Origin: a virus
Direction: 5' to 3' (one strand)
DNA length: 64,000 nucleotides
IMG/VR virus record: IMGVR_UViG_3300037504_000682
Coordinates: 1-64,000 of that record
Below are positions 1 through 8,759 of this stretch, in pieces. Numbering within the stretch: position 1 is the first letter of the stretch; the number at the start of each line of letters is the position of its first letter. The translations under genes and the position numbers were made by a program. Below the pieces are notes generated by a model. That model was given only the letters and a program-made list of their open reading frames with translations, was not told where the DNA came from and did not search any database.

Positions 1-8
1 AAGAGGAT

Positions 9-920
9 ATGTCCATCGCCCTCACCTGCGGCAGCTTCGAGGCCAACATCCGGGGCATTGACGCAGATGAGTTTCCCGGAACCCCAACCGCCGCCCCCGA
101 GGGCTGGATCACCGTGCCGTTGCCCGCAGATTTCTCCGAGCGGGTAGGGCGGGTGGCCTTTGCTGCCGCAACTGACGAGAGCCGGCCTGTCTTTCAGGGC
201 GTCGCCCTCGTCCTGAATAGGCTCAACTTCACGATGGTAGCCGCTGACGGGTTTCGCCTGAGCCTCGACCAAATGACCTGGGACTGCCCCGAGGCGGTGG
301 GGCAGCAGATTGACGAGAGCGGGATAAAATGGACCGAGACCAGCGACACGGAGCTGCCCCATCTCATCTACATCGTGCCGGCCGCCGCCTTAACCGAGGT
401 GGGGCGAATTGCCAAGGACAGCGGTTCACCGCTGTCGATGCACGTTGACCCGGACGGCCGGCAGGTAGTTTTTACCTGCGGCCCGACTACCGTCACCAGC
501 GCCCTGATTGAAGGAGACTTTCCCAACTATCATCGCGTCCCGCCTACCAACCATACCACCTCGACTGTTATCGACCGCAGTCAGCTATCGAGAGCGGTGA
601 AGATGTCCCATATTTTCGCCAAGTACGGCGCGGACATTCTCAAGGTGACCATCACCCCCTCTCCCAACGGCGGGGCGGGCACCGTGGCTCTGTTTGCCCG
701 GTCGGATGAGGCCGGTGACAACGAGGCCGAGCTGAGCGCCGCTATCGAGGGCGAGCCCGTAGAAATCGCTTTCAGCGCCGTCTACCTGGGCCAAGCCCTG
801 GCGGCGGTGAATGGCTGGGAGCAAGTGAGGCTCCAGACGGGTACGCCCTCAGCGCCGGGCAAGCTGGAGGTGGTGGGGCTGGATGACTGGACACACGTAA
901 TAATGCCGATGCATATTTAG
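9..920 (+). CDS. dnaN: DNA polymerase III beta sliding clamp homolog (probably 5'-truncated by window edge)
   Basis: IDADEFP, FAAATDESRPVFQGV, AADGFRLS, LIEGDFPNY, IAFS, and C-terminal VIMPMHI. Confidence 0.88.
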   Translation: MSIALTCGSFEANIRGIDADEFPGTPTAAPEGWITVPLPADFSERVGRVAFAAATDESRPVFQGVALVLNRLNFTMVAADGFRLSLDQMTWDCPEAVGQQIDESGIKWTETSDTELPHLIYIVPAAALTEVGRIAKDSGSPLSMHVDPDGRQVVFTCGPTTVTSALIEGDFPNYHRVPPTNHTTSTVIDRSQLSRAVKMSHIFAKYGADILKVTITPSPNGGAGTVALFARSDEAGDNEAELSAAIEGEPVEIAFSAVYLGQALAAVNGWEQVRLQTGTPSAPGKLEVVGLDDWTHVIMPMHI

Positions 921-931
921 GAGGAGCAACG

Positions 932-1138
932 ATGACAAAAGGTATCTTATGGCGGCGCGAAAGCGACGCCCTCCAGACCGACATCGACCGGGCCGCCGCC
1001 CGGCTCAAGACAAAGACCGGTCAGGAGGCAGTTGTTTGCCTCGTCCGGGTGGGCGAGGCCGATGAGGCCGAGGGCGTAGAGGTGCGGGAGGCAAAGAATA
1101 TTCAGCCCAATCACATTCTGGTGGGGGTGGACGAATGA
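932..1138 (+). CDS. Small hypothetical protein (weakly similar to 53729-53992)
   Basis: SD GGAGGAG; resembles small Anaerolineae-type proteins. Confidence 0.6.
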   Translation: MTKGILWRRESDALQTDIDRAAARLKTKTGQEAVVCLVRVGEADEAEGVEVREAKNIQPNHILVGVDE

Positions 1139-1533
1139 AACCGGACAAATATCAAGCGCCGGCCTGGGAGACCTGGGCCTTTAAGGACGACCTGCTGGCT
1201 GACCAGATGGAACACGCCCTGGGCCAGTTGGTAGCCGAAGCGGGGGAGTTGCTGGGAATGGCTGTGAAAGCAAAATATAAACCCAGCTACCAGTACAGCC
1301 GGGAGGCCGAACTGGATGAGTGGGGCGACTGGTGGTACTACTGCCGGGTGAGCGCCTACTTATCCGGGTGGGCGGTTGAGCCGTGGCTTGTGGTTGACAT
1401 CCGAGATATTAAGGAACCCGGGAAGAGCTACCCGCTTTTTGAGGCGGCCCAATTTTTGGTGTCGCAGAGCAATCTGCTATTAGAGGATTACCTGATAGGC
1501 TTCCCCCCGATGATGTCATCCTGGGCAAATTAG
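1135..1533 (+). CDS. MazG-like NTP pyrophosphohydrolase
   Basis: LVAEAGELL...ELDEWGDWWYY acidic helical motif. Confidence 0.6.
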   Translation: MKPDKYQAPAWETWAFKDDLLADQMEHALGQLVAEAGELLGMAVKAKYKPSYQYSREAELDEWGDWWYYCRVSAYLSGWAVEPWLVVDIRDIKEPGKSYPLFEAAQFLVSQSNLLLEDYLIGFPPMMSSWAN

Positions 1534-1638
1534 AGTTGGGCGGTTGCAACGCTCCAACCGTAATCTCATTCGCAATATGAGGCCAATTGAAGCGGCGAAG
1601 TTGAATGGCCAGTATTGGGCCTGGATACGGAGTGAGCG

Positions 1639-1911
1639 ATGACCAGCAATCACCAAGCCAACCGTTGGCGCAAGTACGAAGTCAAGGCCCCTACGCTGCT
1701 TCAATTCTTGGAGCAATACCATCGCCACGACCGCTTTCGAGGCCGGGGAGAGGACTACGCCCAGGCTTGCATCGAAAGCCACCGGGTGGCAGTCGAAAAG
1801 CAAGGCTACACCCTGCTGAGCCGCCACGATAATGCGACCGGGCAGCCGGTGACGTGGTTCGCTAGGCCGGAACGTGTGGAGCCAAATCAATTGAGTATGT
1901 TTGAGGAGTGA
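1639..1911 (+). CDS. Hypothetical phage protein
   Basis: SD-led ORF ending QLSMF, a clamp-binding-like motif. Confidence 0.6.
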   Translation: MTSNHQANRWRKYEVKAPTLLQFLEQYHRHDRFRGRGEDYAQACIESHRVAVEKQGYTLLSRHDNATGQPVTWFARPERVEPNQLSMFEE

Positions 1912-1914
1912 GCG

Positions 1915-2205
1915 ATGACCGCCCCCTGCACCAACTGCCGCCGAGAGCCCCGCTATGGCCACGGTCTCTGTCGCAACTGCTACGACTACGAGCGCCGGAC
2001 CGGCAAGCCTCGCCCCAAGCGGCTCTACAACCCTGGCTCCGTGCCGGACTGGACCCCGCAGTCGGAGCGGTGCGAGTGTGGCCGGCCAGCGGTGCGGCGG
2101 GTAGCGGTGGTGGGGGTGAAGGGGCAGCAGGTTTGGTATTATGACCTGTGCGCATCGTGTTGGCGGGAGGAGCAGGAGACACGGCGGCGGGTGAGGGCGG
2201 CTTGA
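1915..2205 (+). CDS. Zinc-finger protein
   Basis: Several CxxC/CxC pairs. Confidence 0.6.
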   Translation: MTAPCTNCRREPRYGHGLCRNCYDYERRTGKPRPKRLYNPGSVPDWTPQSERCECGRPAVRRVAVVGVKGQQVWYYDLCASCWREEQETRRRVRAA

Positions 2206-2243
2206 AAAGTGCAATTATTTTTTAGCGATGGAAAGGAAATATT

Positions 2244-3131
2244 GTGGCAAACCAAACATTTACCGGGACAGATAGCAGGGCGAGCGTTTTGGATAGACGC
2301 TATTTTGATCTTTGCATTTACCACGGCGGTTGCCTTGATGGCTTCACGGCGGCCTGGGTGGTTCACGATACGACAAACAAAGCGATTGAATTTATCCCCG
2401 CCAAGTACGGGGATGACCCGCCCGGCGTGACCGGCAGAGACGTTATCATTGTCGATTTTAGCTATCCCCGTGATGTACTGGTGGCAATGAATGAGCAGGC
2501 CAACAGCTTGCTCATTTTAGACCACCACAAAAGCGCCCGGCAGAATTGCGAGGGCCTCCCATTTGCGGTGTTCGATATGAACAAAAGCGGGGCAATGTTG
2601 ACTTGGGAACATTTTTACAGGCCGGAAGCGCCGCCGGAAATTATACGTTATGTTCAGGACGGAGATTTGTGGCGTTTTGAGTTGCCCCACAGCAAAGAAA
2701 TTCGAGCGGCTATGTACTCTCACCCAATGGAATTTATTATCTGGGATGGGATTGCTGTTGCGCTTCAGAGCGATGTTGGCAGCATCTCCCACCAAACCCT
2801 GTTAGCTGAAGGCGAGGCCCTGCTCCGTGATCGACAAAAAACAATCGACAGCCTCACATCCGGCTGGGCAATCGAGCGGCAGACTATTGGCGGCTATGAT
2901 GTGCCTTGCCTCAATTGCCCCCGGTGGTTGGCAAGCGACACGCTGAACGCCCTGGCGGTTGGGGAGCCGTTTGCCGCCAGCTACTATGACAGCGCGGACA
3001 AGCGGACCTTTGAGCTTAGGTCAGCACCGGACGGGGTTGATGTCTCTGAGGTTGCCGCCCGGTACGGCGGAGGTGGACATAAACACGCCGCCGGGTTTGC
3101 CGCCGAGAAGCCGGAAGTTTTATCATCCTAA
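2244..3131 (+). CDS. DHH/DHHA1 phosphoesterase
   Basis: YHGGCLDG, IVDFS, LDHHKS, ELRS, YGGGGHKHAAG. Confidence 0.9.
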   Translation: MANQTFTGTDSRASVLDRRYFDLCIYHGGCLDGFTAAWVVHDTTNKAIEFIPAKYGDDPPGVTGRDVIIVDFSYPRDVLVAMNEQANSLLILDHHKSARQNCEGLPFAVFDMNKSGAMLTWEHFYRPEAPPEIIRYVQDGDLWRFELPHSKEIRAAMYSHPMEFIIWDGIAVALQSDVGSISHQTLLAEGEALLRDRQKTIDSLTSGWAIERQTIGGYDVPCLNCPRWLASDTLNALAVGEPFAASYYDSADKRTFELRSAPDGVDVSEVAARYGGGGHKHAAGFAAEKPEVLSS

Positions 3132-3150
3132 ATTTTGCTTAACGGAACTA

Positions 3151-3179
3151 TTGACCTATGTAAACATTTATGGTAAACT
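3151..3179 (+). promoter_or_regulatory. Sigma70-type late promoter
   Basis: TTGACC-17-TAAACT with extended -10 TG. Confidence 0.75.
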
Positions 3180-3241
3180 GAAACATATGGCATAGGGGGC
3201 GGCACCAGACCGCTACTCCCTATGCCTCTATTTGTTTACAG

Positions 3242-3297
3242 CCCCGATGCCGCCGCCCCCTATGCCAAGGCGTGCCGGTATCGGGGTTTTATTATTT
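3242..3297 (+). terminator. Leader terminator-like hairpin
   Basis: CCCCGATGCCG/CGGTATCGGGG followed by TTTTATTATTT. Confidence 0.65.
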
Positions 3298-3307
3298 GGA
3301 GCGAACT

Positions 3308-3679
3308 ATGGACTTAACATCACTACCGAACATTTTAGCGAGCCTGGTGGGTGGGGGGCTAACGGTTCCGGCTACCAGCTATGTAATCAACTGGCTTGGC
3401 CCCCGCATCAAAACCCCGCTCACCAAAAACCAAAAGCGTGTCATTTCTTTTGTTGTCGCTGCTGTCATTATGGTAGCGGCGTTTTTGCTTCAGGTGAGAT
3501 TGGGCTATGCGCCAGCGCCCACAAGCCCGGCGGCGTGGTTTGAGCAGGTGACGCCGTTCTTCTTTGCCGCCTGGACCGTCAGTCAGGGCGTGCTATCGGC
3601 CTGGAAGCGGGGTAAGGCGGAGCCGGATGAAGAGATGCGGATTTTGCCGGTGGAGGATGAGCCGGAGCCGGGGGCCTAG
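3308..3679 (+). CDS. Holin-like membrane protein
   Basis: Three hydrophobic segments and a charged tail; SD GGAG; first late gene. Confidence 0.55.
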   Translation: MDLTSLPNILASLVGGGLTVPATSYVINWLGPRIKTPLTKNQKRVISFVVAAVIMVAAFLLQVRLGYAPAPTSPAAWFEQVTPFFFAAWTVSQGVLSAWKRGKAEPDEEMRILPVEDEPEPGA

Positions 3680-3680
3680 A

Positions 3681-4205
3681 TTGCCTGTCCCGCTTGATAG
3701 CTTGCCGACCTATGTCGCTTTGTTCGTTGGGGGCCTTATTGCTGTTTGGTACTTTATGACAAAAGTTGTCTATCCCTGGTGGGCCGGTGAAATGGCCAAA
3801 CAGCGAGAACACGACCGACAACAGGCCGAAGCCAGGGCCGCCGCTGAGCAGTCGGAAGAGGTGGCCCTGTGGTCGCAGATGGTCCAACTCCAAACCAGGG
3901 TACTAGACCAAAATAGCCTCCTACTCGACTTCCTAATCACGCTGGCAACCGAGAGGTCAGACACCTACAGCAAAGAAACACAAGAGAAATTTACAGCCGT
4001 AACGGGAAAAATGGCGGCAATTCAGCACGAGATCAGGGAGCTTCGGACCAGCATCAGCATTTTGGTTCACGATGCCGCCAATAATGAGCGAGACCGGGAG
4101 GCACTAAAAAAGGTGCCGGCATACCTACTGGAAATACAAAGTAGGCAGCAAGAGTTTTTTAGGGAGGTCCGGCATCTGATACAACCAGAGCGAGCGAGCG
4201 AATGA
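3681..4205 (+). CDS. N-terminal TM plus coiled-coil protein (lysis-associated?)
   Basis: One TM then a helical region; same architecture as 56978-57571. Confidence 0.55.
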   Translation: MPVPLDSLPTYVALFVGGLIAVWYFMTKVVYPWWAGEMAKQREHDRQQAEARAAAEQSEEVALWSQMVQLQTRVLDQNSLLLDFLITLATERSDTYSKETQEKFTAVTGKMAAIQHEIRELRTSISILVHDAANNERDREALKKVPAYLLEIQSRQQEFFREVRHLIQPERASE

Positions 4206-4543
4206 GCGACGAGTTGGGTATGGACCGGGCAACCCGGCATCTTCAAGAGTTAAACAATAAAATTGATGAGATTATGGTCGCTGCTGATGTTGTCAAGAAG
4301 AAAACCGAGGCGGCCCTGGTTAAACTGAATGACATTAGAACTCTGGCCGTCAATTGGGAGAGCCGGGCGGAAATCAACGGATTTTCTGTTGTGGCGGCCA
4401 GAGGGGAGCCGGGGCCGCTAGTAAAGGAGCTTAAGGCAGATAATGATCGACTGCGGGAGGAGCGGGATAGGTTGAGACAAAGCAACCGAGAACTCAAGGC
4501 CAACCTTGACGCCTGCCTGAGCCGGGAGAGGCAGCGCAAATGA
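4202..4543 (+). CDS. Coiled-coil protein
   Basis: Heptad pattern; ATGA coupling. Confidence 0.55.
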   Translation: MSDELGMDRATRHLQELNNKIDEIMVAADVVKKKTEAALVKLNDIRTLAVNWESRAEINGFSVVAARGEPGPLVKELKADNDRLREERDRLRQSNRELKANLDACLSRERQRK

Positions 4544-4794
4544 AAGCCTATCACGGCATCGACCTGCCAGTCAATGACCCCCGTCTTGCCGGGCAATCTT
4601 TGGCCTGCGGGGAGCGGGTGCGACTGATGGAAGAGGGGGAGCTGTGGGAGTGCCAGGTGGTGATTGTCAACGACGGAAAGGCCCGGCTGCTGCCGATGTT
4701 TAGGCCCAGGCAACGCAGCGCCCCCGGCATTACCACGGCCCAGGAGCAGCGCAACTGGCAGCGGGTGGCCTTCACGGGCCTGGAGAACAGATGA
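4540..4794 (+). CDS. Hypothetical protein
   Basis: ATGA-coupled at both ends. Confidence 0.5.
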   Translation: MKAYHGIDLPVNDPRLAGQSLACGERVRLMEEGELWECQVVIVNDGKARLLPMFRPRQRSAPGITTAQEQRNWQRVAFTGLENR

Positions 4795-5096
4795 CCGGTA
4801 TCCTAGCCGCCCTACTCGCCCTCGCCGGCCTGTACCTCTGGCTCTACTACCGACCCTGCCAGACCGTGCCGCCGGTGGTGGATTACTACGACTACATCCG
4901 GTCGGCAGAGTGGCGCGAGCGGGCTATCGACTGCAAGCAGACCGCCAACCAGATTTGCGCCGACTGCAAGCAAAAGTACGAGCTTTGGGAGTTGCAGGCC
5001 CACCACGTCACCTACGAGCGGCTGGGTAACGAAAGGCCGGGGGACTTGGTTTGTTTGTGCGATGGGTGTCACAAAGGGAGGCACGGGATTGATTGA
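4791..5096 (+). CDS. HNH endonuclease with N-terminal hydrophobic helix
   Basis: CADC...LQAHHVTY...LVCLCDGCHKGRH. Confidence 0.85.
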   Translation: MTGILAALLALAGLYLWLYYRPCQTVPPVVDYYDYIRSAEWRERAIDCKQTANQICADCKQKYELWELQAHHVTYERLGNERPGDLVCLCDGCHKGRHGID

Positions 5097-5287
5097 CATT
5101 TTTGGGTGGCAGCAATGACCAATGATTTACTGCTAGATATTTTAGAACGCATCACAAAGCCATTTACGGATGTTTTTTGGTCCGCCTATCTTAAGGCCGG
5201 AGCGCCGTATGGTGAAACGGATGAGGGATTTGCGCGGTGGCTAAAGGAAATCAACGACAAGCTAGACAATCATCATTTGTTACAGAG

Positions 5288-6490
5288 ATGACCGACAGCC
5301 TCAAGTTTTGGAACGATCCGATTGACACGTTTTACGACAGCGCAATGCAAGCCGGAATGGAGGCAGAGCAAATGAAACCGCAATCAGCGGCGTGGGTGCA
5401 ATCGTGGCAGATTGTACCGTGCAGCAATCAGCAATGGTGCATCGACCGGGTTATTGAGAGCTGCGCTGGTAAATTTACCGACTTGCTTTTGGGCGTATTA
5501 CACCTGACCGGCGGGGACAGCGACGGGGCGTGCCTGGGTTATTCCGGGCACTACCACCAACGACCGGAGCGTATTAATGGCCTGACGATGCTGGAGTACT
5601 TCACCCAGCAGGCTCACGCCGCCGGGATGAGGGTTCACGGCTGGCACGTCGTTGGTCTGTTCGGTGGCCACCGGGGGCTGGTTGACCCGCTGCCTGATGA
5701 ATGGAATTTGAAGGGGGGATGCGGTGATCGGTCCTGGGTCGACTTCCGCAGGGAGGAAGCCCGCCAGCGCATCGCTGATGCCATTATGGACATTCAACGG
5801 CTCAACAAGCTAGATGGTGTTCACCTGGATTACATTCGCTACCACTTGAGCGCCCACGGCTGCGCCGGGCTCCACGCCGACCAGATTACCGACATCGTGG
5901 AGCGGGTGCGAGCTGGTCTGCCTGCCGGGCAGGATGTTAGCGTTGCTTTCCTGGGCGATGCGCCGGACGCCTACGGGGGCAGTAAGTCATCGAATACCTA
6001 TCAGGACATTGACGGCTGGCTCGACCGGGGGCTGGTCGATTTTGCCTGCCGGATGCGCTACCACGATGACCCGTCAGCAGTGGCGGCCCCCAATGTAGAG
6101 AGCTGCCCCAACAGCCACCTCATCCTCCCCGGCGTGTCTGCCGAACCGGCGGTGTACGATGACCCCGATACCGCCGCCGCTTTTATTAAGCAGGTGAAGG
6201 AATGGAAGGCCCTGGGCTATACCGAGCTGTCCTATTTTGACCACGGTCGGTTGGATGACCTGCCGATTGAGGCGTGGGCCGTGATACCGGATGTCCAGCC
6301 GGTGGCGCAAGAGCCGGAGCCGCCGGCAGAGCCGGAGCCGGGGACCATAACGATGCCGATTGGCGACTATAACAGCATCATTCTTTCGCGCGACCGGGCA
6401 CGCCAACAGGTGCAGGCTATTGGGGAGGAATTGGCCCGACTGCGGCAGATGGTAAACGAATTGCAGGCCGGGATGGAGGGGGAGGGATGA
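5288..6490 (+). CDS. Glycoside hydrolase-like 10 (GHL10/YngK-type TIM barrel), candidate lysin
   Basis: AHAAGMRVHGW, LDGVHLDYIRY, QDIDGWLDRGLVD; start could be 5372. Confidence 0.75.
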   Translation: MTDSLKFWNDPIDTFYDSAMQAGMEAEQMKPQSAAWVQSWQIVPCSNQQWCIDRVIESCAGKFTDLLLGVLHLTGGDSDGACLGYSGHYHQRPERINGLTMLEYFTQQAHAAGMRVHGWHVVGLFGGHRGLVDPLPDEWNLKGGCGDRSWVDFRREEARQRIADAIMDIQRLNKLDGVHLDYIRYHLSAHGCAGLHADQITDIVERVRAGLPAGQDVSVAFLGDAPDAYGGSKSSNTYQDIDGWLDRGLVDFACRMRYHDDPSAVAAPNVESCPNSHLILPGVSAEPAVYDDPDTAAAFIKQVKEWKALGYTELSYFDHGRLDDLPIEAWAVIPDVQPVAQEPEPPAEPEPGTITMPIGDYNSIILSRDRARQQVQAIGEELARLRQMVNELQAGMEGEG

Positions 6491-6665
6491 CGCCAGAAGA
6501 TCGACAAGAAGCAATTGATGGATTGAAGGAGATTTGTGTGGAAATCGGATGCAGTGGATGGTCACCAAGGCTGTGCCAAAACCAGCCCCATCGTTGTGAA
6601 ATTATTAAAAAGATTGTTTGTCCAAATGGGGTTGAGCTGGTGGACAACAAATGGGTGGCAAAAAA

Positions 6666-6956
6666 ATGACCGACATCCTACACCAAGCCGCAGCCATAGC
6701 CGAGGCCGCCCAATCGCCGCTTGACCGGCTGGAGCAACTCTACGGCATCGACACCGAGAGCGACGCGCCGCGCTGGCGTATCTGGACCAATGCCGGGCTG
6801 CGCCATTGCCGACACTGCGGGAGAGCGGACCGCTGGACAGACGAGGGCGCGAGCTACGTGTGCGAGCACGAACCGCCGGAGTGGGGCTGCTGGGCCATCC
6901 GGCAGTTGGACAGCGTGGGCCGGGGGTGGGTAGTTGATGCGGAGGTGGCGGAGTAG
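6666..6956 (+). CDS. Hypothetical protein with CxxC
   Basis: Coupled ORF upstream of terS. Confidence 0.5.
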   Translation: MTDILHQAAAIAEAAQSPLDRLEQLYGIDTESDAPRWRIWTNAGLRHCRHCGRADRWTDEGASYVCEHEPPEWGCWAIRQLDSVGRGWVVDAEVAE

Positions 6957-7387
6957 TGGGAAGGGCTGACAGCAGGCTTGATTATGACCGGGTAGCCACC
7001 ATTTTGGTGGAGGCTGCTTTTTTTGGTGATAGTCAAGCTGCCGAGCGGTGGGGTGTATCGGAGCGGACGGTACAAAGATACCGAAAGAGAATGGGCAAAA
7101 GTGACGAACTGTCGTCTATTGTCGCCTTAAAAAAAGAAAATTTTGAGCAAAACTGGGCCGATGAAATCCCCGCCGCTATTCGCTCTGCTACCCGTTTTTT
7201 GATGAACGCCAGCCGACAGGCCGACCCAACGGACCCGGCCGCCATTCACGCCGTAGCCGGGGCGATGAAAATAATGGCCGAAGTTGGCTTAACAAAGGAA
7301 ATCTTAGATGTTCGGCTTGGTCGATACGATAGACCGAACGGAGAAGAAAATAGACAGGTGGATAGTATCCCAGCCTCAACAGGGTAG
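6956..7387 (+). CDS. Terminase small subunit (HTH)
   Basis: AAERWGVSERTVQRY HTH directly before terL. Confidence 0.75.
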   Translation: MGRADSRLDYDRVATILVEAAFFGDSQAAERWGVSERTVQRYRKRMGKSDELSSIVALKKENFEQNWADEIPAAIRSATRFLMNASRQADPTDPAAIHAVAGAMKIMAEVGLTKEILDVRLGRYDRPNGEENRQVDSIPASTG

Positions 7388-8750
7388 GGACGAGTTGCCA
7401 TTCACCGACTTCGTTAACCGCGTCAACCCCCGGTATGAATGGTACGGATACGCCCGGCGACTTGCCGGCCTGTTGCAGCAGGTGGCGGACGGGGAGACAA
7501 AGCGGCTTATGATATTTATGCCGCCCCGCCACGGCAAGAGCGAGCTTGTCAGCCGGTTATTTTCGGCATATTACCTTTACCGCCATCCGGAGCGATGGGT
7601 GGGTATCAGCAGCTACGCGGCTGAGCTGGCCTACACCTTTAGTCGCAACGCTCGGGACAACTACACCAGAGCGGGTGGCACGCTCAAGAGCGACGCCAGT
7701 GCGGTGAAACATTGGGAGACCGGGCAAGGCGGCGGCCTGTGGGCGGCTGGGGTTGGCGGGCCTATTACCGGCCGGGGCTTCCACCTGGGCATTATTGACG
7801 ACCCAATCAAAAACGCTGAGGAGGCCGCCAGCGAGACAATCAGAGCAAAACACAAGGACTGGTATGACAGCACCTTCTACACCCGCGAGGAGCCGAACGC
7901 CGCCATTGTGGTCATTCAGACCCGGTGGCACGAAGATGATCTGTCCGGCTACCTGCTCAGCAAAGAGCTAGACGAGCCTGAGCAGTGGCGCATCGTCCAC
8001 TTTGAGGCAATCAAGCGAGAGGATGAGCCGGACTACCCGCAAAGCTGCACCACAGAACCGGACCCGAGGGAGCCGGGTACAGCCCTGGCCCCGGAGCGAT
8101 ACGACATTGACCGGCTGCGGCGCATCAAGGGGCGCATTGGGGATTATTTCTTTGCGGCGCTTTATCAACAGTGCCCCCGCCCCCGTGAAGGCAATATGTT
8201 TAAGCGGGAGTGGTTCGACATCGTTTCGGCCCCACCCGCCAACGCCCGGCGGGTTCGGTACTGGGACAAGGCCGGCACTGCTGACGGCGGAGCCTATACC
8301 GCCGGGGTGAGAATGTCGGTCGATGAGAATAGCGTCTACTACGTAGAGGATTTGGTTAGGGGCCAGTGGGGAGCAGCGGAACGAGAGGCGGTCATCAAAC
8401 AGACCGCCCAGATGGATGGGCGGGACGTGGGTATCTTTGTGGAGCAGGAGCCCGGCAGCGGCGGCAAAGAGAGCGCAGAGGCCACCATCCGCAATCTGGC
8501 GGGCTTCACCGTTAAGGCCGACCGGGTGACCGGAGACAAGGTGACGAGAGCGGAGCCATTCGCCGCCCAGGCCGGTGGGCGCAACGTCAAGCTGGTCAAG
8601 GCCGATTGGAACCGGGGCTATCTGGACCGGCTGATGTCGTTTCCCCACGGGACGTATAAAGACGACATCGACGCCTCAAGTGGGGCGTTTAACAGGTTGG
8701 CCGAGCCGATAGCGGTCCAATACCAAGAACACAATCCATTTTACGGATAG
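7308..8750 (+). CDS. Terminase large subunit
   Basis: MPPRHGKS Walker A, IIDDPIK, QTRWHEDDL, YWDKA, DDIDA. Confidence 0.95.
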   Translation: MFGLVDTIDRTEKKIDRWIVSQPQQGRDELPFTDFVNRVNPRYEWYGYARRLAGLLQQVADGETKRLMIFMPPRHGKSELVSRLFSAYYLYRHPERWVGISSYAAELAYTFSRNARDNYTRAGGTLKSDASAVKHWETGQGGGLWAAGVGGPITGRGFHLGIIDDPIKNAEEAASETIRAKHKDWYDSTFYTREEPNAAIVVIQTRWHEDDLSGYLLSKELDEPEQWRIVHFEAIKREDEPDYPQSCTTEPDPREPGTALAPERYDIDRLRRIKGRIGDYFFAALYQQCPRPREGNMFKREWFDIVSAPPANARRVRYWDKAGTADGGAYTAGVRMSVDENSVYYVEDLVRGQWGAAEREAVIKQTAQMDGRDVGIFVEQEPGSGGKESAEATIRNLAGFTVKADRVTGDKVTRAEPFAAQAGGRNVKLVKADWNRGYLDRLMSFPHGTYKDDIDASSGAFNRLAEPIAVQYQEHNPFYG

Positions 8751-8759
8751 AGGCGACAT

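Noticed and set aside
1-920. Host replication origin region
   Set aside because: No recF, gyrB or DnaA boxes; downstream genes are phage-like.
1490-1640. Possible frameshift extending the MazG-like gene at a C6 run
   Set aside because: No alternative frame gives a convincing continuation.
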